Source: Opitutaceae bacterium | Lineage (GTDB): Bacteria; Verrucomicrobiota; Verrucomicrobiia; Opitutales; Opitutaceae | Direction: 5' to 3' | Length of the DNA: 61,233 nucleotides | Assembly (NCBI GenBank): GCA_031411015.1 | Contig: JANOAF010000636.1 | Span: 1-61,233, forward strand | In this document: positions 56,383 through 61,233 of the stretch, piece after piece | Layout: each line of letters opens with the position of its first letter | Position numbering within the stretch: the stretch's first letter is position 1 | Notes under the pieces: model-generated | What the model was told of the DNA's origin: nothing | Database searches by the model: none | The model's input: the letters and a program-made list of their open reading frames with translations, nothing else | Translations under genes and position numbers: made by a program

Positions 56383-57855
56383 ATGAACCTCCCCCACCTC
56401 GCTAGATTTCTCGTCTTCTCCGCACTGCCGCTCTTCGCCGCCGCCCCACCTACCCTGAGCGCGACGAATGCGCGCCTACCGAACATTGTCCTGATCTTCA
56501 CCGACGATCAGGGCTATGGTGATGTGGGAGTCTATGGGGCGAAGGGTTACACGACGCCAAACTTGGACGGACTCGCGCGCGACGGCGTGAAGTTTACCAA
56601 CTTCCACGTCGCCCAAGCCGTGTGCTCCGCGTCGCGCACGGGGCTGCTCACGGGTTGTTATCCCAATCGACTTGGCATCCACGGTGCACTCGGACCCAGC
56701 TCGAACCATGGCATCAATGCCAGTGAGACCACGATCGCGGAGATGCTCAAGGCGCGCGGCTACGCGACCGGTATGGCGGGCAAATGGCACCTCGGGCACC
56801 GCGAGCCGTTTCTGCCGAATCGCCACGGCTTCGACGAATCCTTTGGTCTCCCCTACTCCAACGACATGTGGCCGTTTCACCCCGAAGCGAAACCCGGCGC
56901 CTACCCTTCGCTGCCGCTTTACGAAAACGGCAAGATCATCGACGCCGAGATTACGCCGGAAAAAATGCGCAACCTCACGACCTGGTATACGGAACGCGCC
57001 GTGTCATTCATCGAGCGCAACAAGGCGCAGCCGTTTTTCTTCTACCTCGCCCATGCCATGCCGCACGTGCCGCTCGCCGTAAGCGACAAGTTCAAGGGGA
57101 AGTCGCAAAACGGCCTCTACGGCGACGTCATCATGGAGATCGATTGGTCGGTCGGCGAGGTGCTGCGGGCCCTAAAGCAGCACGGGCTCGAACGTGACAC
57201 GCTTGTCATCTTCACGAGCGACAACGGCCCGTGGCTCAGCTACGGCACGCACGCCGGCAGCGCCGGGCCGTTGCGCGAGGGCAAGGGCACGTCGTGGGAA
57301 GGTGGCACGCGCGTGCCCTGTCTGATGCGCTGGCCCGGCCGAATTCCCGCCCACGCAACGAGCGACGACTACCTCATGACCATCGATCTGCTGCCGACCT
57401 TTGCCGCCATCACGGGCGCAAAGCTTCCCAGCCTTCCGATCGATGGCGTCGATGTGTGGCCGTTGCTCTCCCGTCAGCCCGGAGCAAAAAATCCGCACGA
57501 CGGCTACGGGATTTGGTATGCGCAGAACGAGCTGCAAGCCGTCGTCAGTGGCGACGGCCGCTGGAAACTGATCCTACCGCATACCTTTCGCACTCTCGCT
57601 GGACGACCCGGCGGGCGTGATGGCATCCCGGCGAAATACGAAAACACCAAGAACGAGTCGCCGAAGCTCTATGATTTGCGCGCCGACCTCGGTGAAACCC
57701 AAAACCTTGCGGCCTCGCATCCTGACGAAGTGCAGCGACTGCTTTTGTTTGCCGAGAAATGCCGCGACGAACTCGGCGACACGCTCACACAGCGAATCGG
57801 GAAAGGCACGCGCGAGCCCGGACGTGTCAGCGACGCGAAAGGGAAAGCCAAGTAA
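56383..57855 (+). CDS. Sulfatase (family S1, arylsulfatase A-like)
   Basis: DDQGYGD, VCSASRTGLLTG, GKWHLG, SDNGPW and KGTSWEGG motifs; start may be 56350. Confidence 0.94.
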   Translation: MNLPHLARFLVFSALPLFAAAPPTLSATNARLPNIVLIFTDDQGYGDVGVYGAKGYTTPNLDGLARDGVKFTNFHVAQAVCSASRTGLLTGCYPNRLGIHGALGPSSNHGINASETTIAEMLKARGYATGMAGKWHLGHREPFLPNRHGFDESFGLPYSNDMWPFHPEAKPGAYPSLPLYENGKIIDAEITPEKMRNLTTWYTERAVSFIERNKAQPFFFYLAHAMPHVPLAVSDKFKGKSQNGLYGDVIMEIDWSVGEVLRALKQHGLERDTLVIFTSDNGPWLSYGTHAGSAGPLREGKGTSWEGGTRVPCLMRWPGRIPAHATSDDYLMTIDLLPTFAAITGAKLPSLPIDGVDVWPLLSRQPGAKNPHDGYGIWYAQNELQAVVSGDGRWKLILPHTFRTLAGRPGGRDGIPAKYENTKNESPKLYDLRADLGETQNLAASHPDEVQRLLLFAEKCRDELGDTLTQRIGKGTREPGRVSDAKGKAK

Positions 57856-57927
57856 GCGCCGTCGAGGTCGAGCGCGCCGAGCGCAGCTCAGTTTTTTGCC
57901 GGAGTAGATCCGGAGTTCCGGTTCGTC

Positions 57928-57951
57928 CGCGCCCTTTCCGGAAAGGGCGCG
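57928..57951. repeat. Perfect 24-bp palindrome
   Basis: CGCGCCCTTTCCGGAAAGGGCGCG is its own reverse complement. Confidence 0.9.
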
Positions 57952-57994
57952 CCAGACCCACGCCCCTGTTTGCACGTAACTGATACCAGTCGCC

Positions 57995-58015
57995 CGTGAA
58001 ACTCAGACTTTCACG
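57995..58015. promoter_or_regulatory. Candidate operator or hairpin CGTGAAA-N7-TTTCACG
   Basis: Perfect 7-7-7 inverted repeat in the leader region of the DUF1800 gene. Confidence 0.35.
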
Positions 58016-58356
58016 TTGTAGACCCCGCCCGCTGAGCGGGTGCCCGGCCACCGGCCGGGCCTGCAATCCAATTGTCACGGGACGTTGGTGGGAGGTGCGC
58101 GCAAGCGCTCCAAGCCTCGAATTTTGAAAAGCGAGCCAGACTATACGGGAAGCAAGGGGCCCTGCGTATACGAAGGCTGGCGAAATCTCGTCACGGTAGT
58201 GGAGGTTTGGCGGGGTAATCCGTTAGTGTTCTCGCGGCACGGGCGGATAAGGAATCTGCGCGTTCCCACTGACCACGGCCTGGGCAGACGTGTATTCATC
58301 TTCGTTTTACGCCATGGAAACTTGAGGTTTCGCCTTTGGTGCAATTCAAAGGCATC

Positions 58357-60957
58357 ATGTCAAAGCGCCTCGTTGGACTCGTGTTCGCCGTAGTTGGAAT
58401 CTGCGTCGCGCAAGCCCAGCAGATTACAGTCTACAGTAGCGGAAATGTGACGGTTGGCACTTCGCGCCAGCTCACGGCCTATGTGCCGCTGAGTCCCAAC
58501 ACGGTTGCATGGTCGGTCAACGGAGTGGCCGGCGGCGATGCCACCTACGGCACAGTATCGACGGCCGGCCTCTACAAGGCCCCCGCGTCCATTCCGACCG
58601 CCAATACAGTTTCGGTCCGCGCCACGAGCACGGCCTACCCGAACAAATCAAATGCCGTATCGCTCAAGCTCACGCAGCCAACGGTGCAGCTTTGGAGCAC
58701 ATCGCCACGGACCGTGCCCGTCGGTGATTTCACGATCGCTCTCAATGGCGCCAATTTTCACGCGGGTTCGGTCGTAAAGTTGGGCGACGTCGCTCTTGCC
58801 ACGACCCTGATCTCATCCACCGGGCTGCGTGCCACCGGGACGGCTCTCCCCGCTCAGGCGGGCAGCAACGTTCCGATTACCGTCGTCAATTCAGGGCTCG
58901 GCGGGACGACCAGTTCTCCCGTGATGCTTGCAATAACCGCGTCACCCGTCGTGGCCGTGAGCGTGACGCCCGAAAATGCAGGCGTCGCCGTCGGCACCAC
59001 TCGCAACTTCACCGCGACGGTCACGGGCAGTTCTGAATTAGCCGTCACGTGGGCCGTGAACGGGATGGCCGGTGGCAACGCCACCGTCGGCACGATCTCC
59101 AGCCAAGGCGTTTTTACCGCACCCAACGCGCAGCCGCCGGCGCCCTCAACCGTGACCATTCAGGCCACGAGCATAGCAATTTCGAGCGCCGTCGGCGCCG
59201 CTATCGTGACGGTGCTTCCGCCTCCCCCACCGCCACCCGTGAGCATCGCCGTGGCACCTTCCGCGCTATCGCTCACAACGGGCACCTCGCAGCAATTTTC
59301 TGCTACAGTTACGGGCGCGGCAAACCCGGCGGTCACATGGAGCGTGAACAACATCCCCGGCGGAAATTCCACCGTCGGCACGATTAGCGAGTCAGGTCTC
59401 TACACCGCTCCCGCTGCCGTGCCGAATCCCTCCGGCCTGAGTATTCAGGCCACCAGCGTGGCTGATTCCACGGCAAGCGCCGTCGCGAACATTGCCATCA
59501 CTCCCGCACCGGGCGGCGGCGGCAGCCAAGGCACCGCCAATCTCGCGGCGGGCCGTTTCCTCGAGCAGGCCGCCTACGGGCCGACCCCGGCCGAGTTGGC
59601 CCGCGTGAAAATGATCGGTGTGACTGCGTGGCTCGACGAGCAATTTGCCATGCCCGAAACACCGATCTCGAACCCCGGCGCCATGAACATGGGAACCGTG
59701 CGGGCCGAGTATCTCGGCCGCCTGTCGTCGGCTCCCGACCAACTCCGGCAGCGTGTCGCCGCTGCGCTCAGCCAAATCATCGTCATCTCGGCCAACAAGA
59801 ACATCTACCCCGATGAGATTGTGCCCTACCTGCAGATCCTCAGTCGAAACGCGTTCGGCAACTATCGCACTCTGCTCGACGAAATCGCCCACAGCTCGCA
59901 GATGGGAAAATATCTCGATCTCGCGAACAGCAACAAACCCACCGCCGGCAGCGCGGCCAACGAAAACTTCGCCCGCGAGCTCATGCAGCTCTTCACCATC
60001 GGTCTCTACCAACTCAATCCCGACGGCACGCGCCAACTCGACGGGCTGGGCAATCCCATCCGCGCCTACGATCAGACCACCGTGCAACAGGTCGCACTCG
60101 CGCTCACCGGCTGGACGTTCCCCGGCCCCGGGGACAACAATTGGGAGAATTTTTCCGGTCCACTCGTGGCGCGGCCGACAAATCACGACACGCGGGCGAA
60201 AACATTGATCGGTGCCACTCTCCCCGCCGGCCAATCGGCGGAAGCCGACATGGCCGGAACGCTGGATTGGCTATTCAACCACCAGAACATCGCGCCGTTC
60301 ATCTCGACCCGCCTGATTCGCTTCATCGTGAAGAGCAATCCGACGCCCGCCTATGTCGCGCGCGTTTCGGCCGTGTTCGTCGACAACGGTGCCGGCATGC
60401 GCGGTGACCTGCGGGCCGTGGTCCGTGCGATTCTCACTGACGCGGAGGCTCGCGCCGATGTCGCGACCGCTGACAGTGGCCGCCTCAAAGATCCTATCTA
60501 TCACGCCGCGGCGTTCGTGCGCGCGCTTGGCGGCGCGATCTCGGCGACCAACCAGCAGGCGTGGACGTTTTCTCTCATGGGCCAGATGCCGCTCACCCCG
60601 AGTTCGGTGTTTGGCTTCTATTCGCCGCTTTTCCGTATCCCTCGCTCCACGCTCAACGGTCCCGAATTCCAAATCTACGGGCCCACCGAAGCCGTGCTGC
60701 GCGGCAATCTTTTCTGGCAGATACTTTCAAACCCAGGCGCGGATTTCCCCGTCAACATCGCGCCGTTCGTCAGTCTCGCGGGCAACACCGTCGCGCTCAT
60801 CGACGCCGTTGACCAGACGCTCCTCTACGGCCGGATGCCGCCGGAGATGCGCCAGAGTCTGGCCAACGCGATCAATGCCCAGGGCGACGATGTCAGTAAG
60901 GCCCGCACCGCCATTCACCTCACCGCGCTCTCCGGCTTTTACGACGTCCAGTATTAA
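58357..60957 (+). CDS. DUF1800 family protein with N-terminal Ig-like repeats
   Basis: Signal peptide; three W.VN...GG....GT.S..G.(Y/F).AP repeats; RFLEQAAYGP, DQLRQRVA, NENFARELMQLFTIG. Confidence 0.9.
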   Translation: MSKRLVGLVFAVVGICVAQAQQITVYSSGNVTVGTSRQLTAYVPLSPNTVAWSVNGVAGGDATYGTVSTAGLYKAPASIPTANTVSVRATSTAYPNKSNAVSLKLTQPTVQLWSTSPRTVPVGDFTIALNGANFHAGSVVKLGDVALATTLISSTGLRATGTALPAQAGSNVPITVVNSGLGGTTSSPVMLAITASPVVAVSVTPENAGVAVGTTRNFTATVTGSSELAVTWAVNGMAGGNATVGTISSQGVFTAPNAQPPAPSTVTIQATSIAISSAVGAAIVTVLPPPPPPPVSIAVAPSALSLTTGTSQQFSATVTGAANPAVTWSVNNIPGGNSTVGTISESGLYTAPAAVPNPSGLSIQATSVADSTASAVANIAITPAPGGGGSQGTANLAAGRFLEQAAYGPTPAELARVKMIGVTAWLDEQFAMPETPISNPGAMNMGTVRAEYLGRLSSAPDQLRQRVAAALSQIIVISANKNIYPDEIVPYLQILSRNAFGNYRTLLDEIAHSSQMGKYLDLANSNKPTAGSAANENFARELMQLFTIGLYQLNPDGTRQLDGLGNPIRAYDQTTVQQVALALTGWTFPGPGDNNWENFSGPLVARPTNHDTRAKTLIGATLPAGQSAEADMAGTLDWLFNHQNIAPFISTRLIRFIVKSNPTPAYVARVSAVFVDNGAGMRGDLRAVVRAILTDAEARADVATADSGRLKDPIYHAAAFVRALGGAISATNQQAWTFSLMGQMPLTPSSVFGFYSPLFRIPRSTLNGPEFQIYGPTEAVLRGNLFWQILSNPGADFPVNIAPFVSLAGNTVALIDAVDQTLLYGRMPPEMRQSLANAINAQGDDVSKARTAIHLTALSGFYDVQY

Positions 60958-61078
60958 TTTCGAACAAACAATCTGAGCACCTCGCGTTGAGTGCCGAGTG
61001 ACGAAACCAGCCGTCGACCCGCGCCTCCGTCCGAACTCCCAGCCCGCAACTCGCACCGCTCAACTTCGCGCTCTTCCC

Positions 61079-61233
61079 ATGCAACACGCCTCCTTTATTT
61101 CTCGCCGGAATTTTCTCCAGAAAACCACGATGCTCGCCACCGCGACCGGGCTCGGCCGGATCGGAGTATTGAATGCCCGCGCGCAGGCCGTCCCGTCCAG
61201 CCCGTCCGACTACAAGGCGCTCGTCTGCGTCTT
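61079..61233 (+). CDS. DUF1501 family protein, Tat signal; runs off window end
   Basis: Hand translation MQHASFISRRNFLQK...SDYKALVCV; this is the usual partner downstream of DUF1800. Confidence 0.85.
   Translation, partial: MQHASFISRRNFLQKTTMLATATGLGRIGVLNARAQAVPSSPSDYKALVCV

Noticed and set aside
57886-57980. Resemblance to a c-di-GMP-I riboswitch on the minus strand
   Set aside because: The GCAAAC/GAAA/GGACG pieces have the wrong spacing and no gene lies downstream in that orientation.
1-61233. CRISPR arrays, tRNA/rRNA, transposases, prophage or defence genes
   Set aside because: No spaced direct repeats, RNA-gene signatures or relevant protein motifs were seen by eye.

Overview
GC-rich bacterial DNA. 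Gene style suggests Verrucomicrobiota, probably Opitutaceae (inferred from PVC-type heme protein, PVC-type ECF sigma/anti-sigma, SusD-less TonB-dependent receptors and a eukaryote-type UDP-sugar pyrophosphorylase). Family names come from motif recognition, not database searches. Layout: (1) 1-13.9 kb housekeeping/envelope genes (PDH E2 3' end, GT-C-like membrane protein, gluconolactonase, DASS permease, ftsB-UDP-sugar pyrophosphorylase-phosphomutase, ExeA/ExeB, cyclophilin, glutathione peroxidase). (2) 14.0-33.8 kb a + strand sulfated-glycan utilisation locus (3 TonB-dependent receptors, 5 Cys-type sulfatases, PL6 lyase, DUF6250-like protein, ECF sigma/anti-sigma). (3) 33.9-57.9 kb a mostly - strand cluster of exported C-N/ester hydrolase-like and redox enzymes (2 related TBDRs, 2 amidohydrolase pairs, triple-RidA protein, Tat-signal DegT aminotransferase, 2 ceramidase-like proteins, PHP hydrolase, alpha/beta hydrolase, PVC cytochrome c dehydrogenase, sulfatase). 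Both TBDRs in this cluster carry the same upstream 16-bp element GTAACCG(A/T)CAAGTTAC. (4) 58-61.2 kb a hairpin-rich leader followed by an Ig-repeat DUF1800/DUF1501 pair. Three REP-like doublets are present. No rRNA, tRNA, CRISPR or transposase was seen. Region 3 is the best candidate for an undescribed system.
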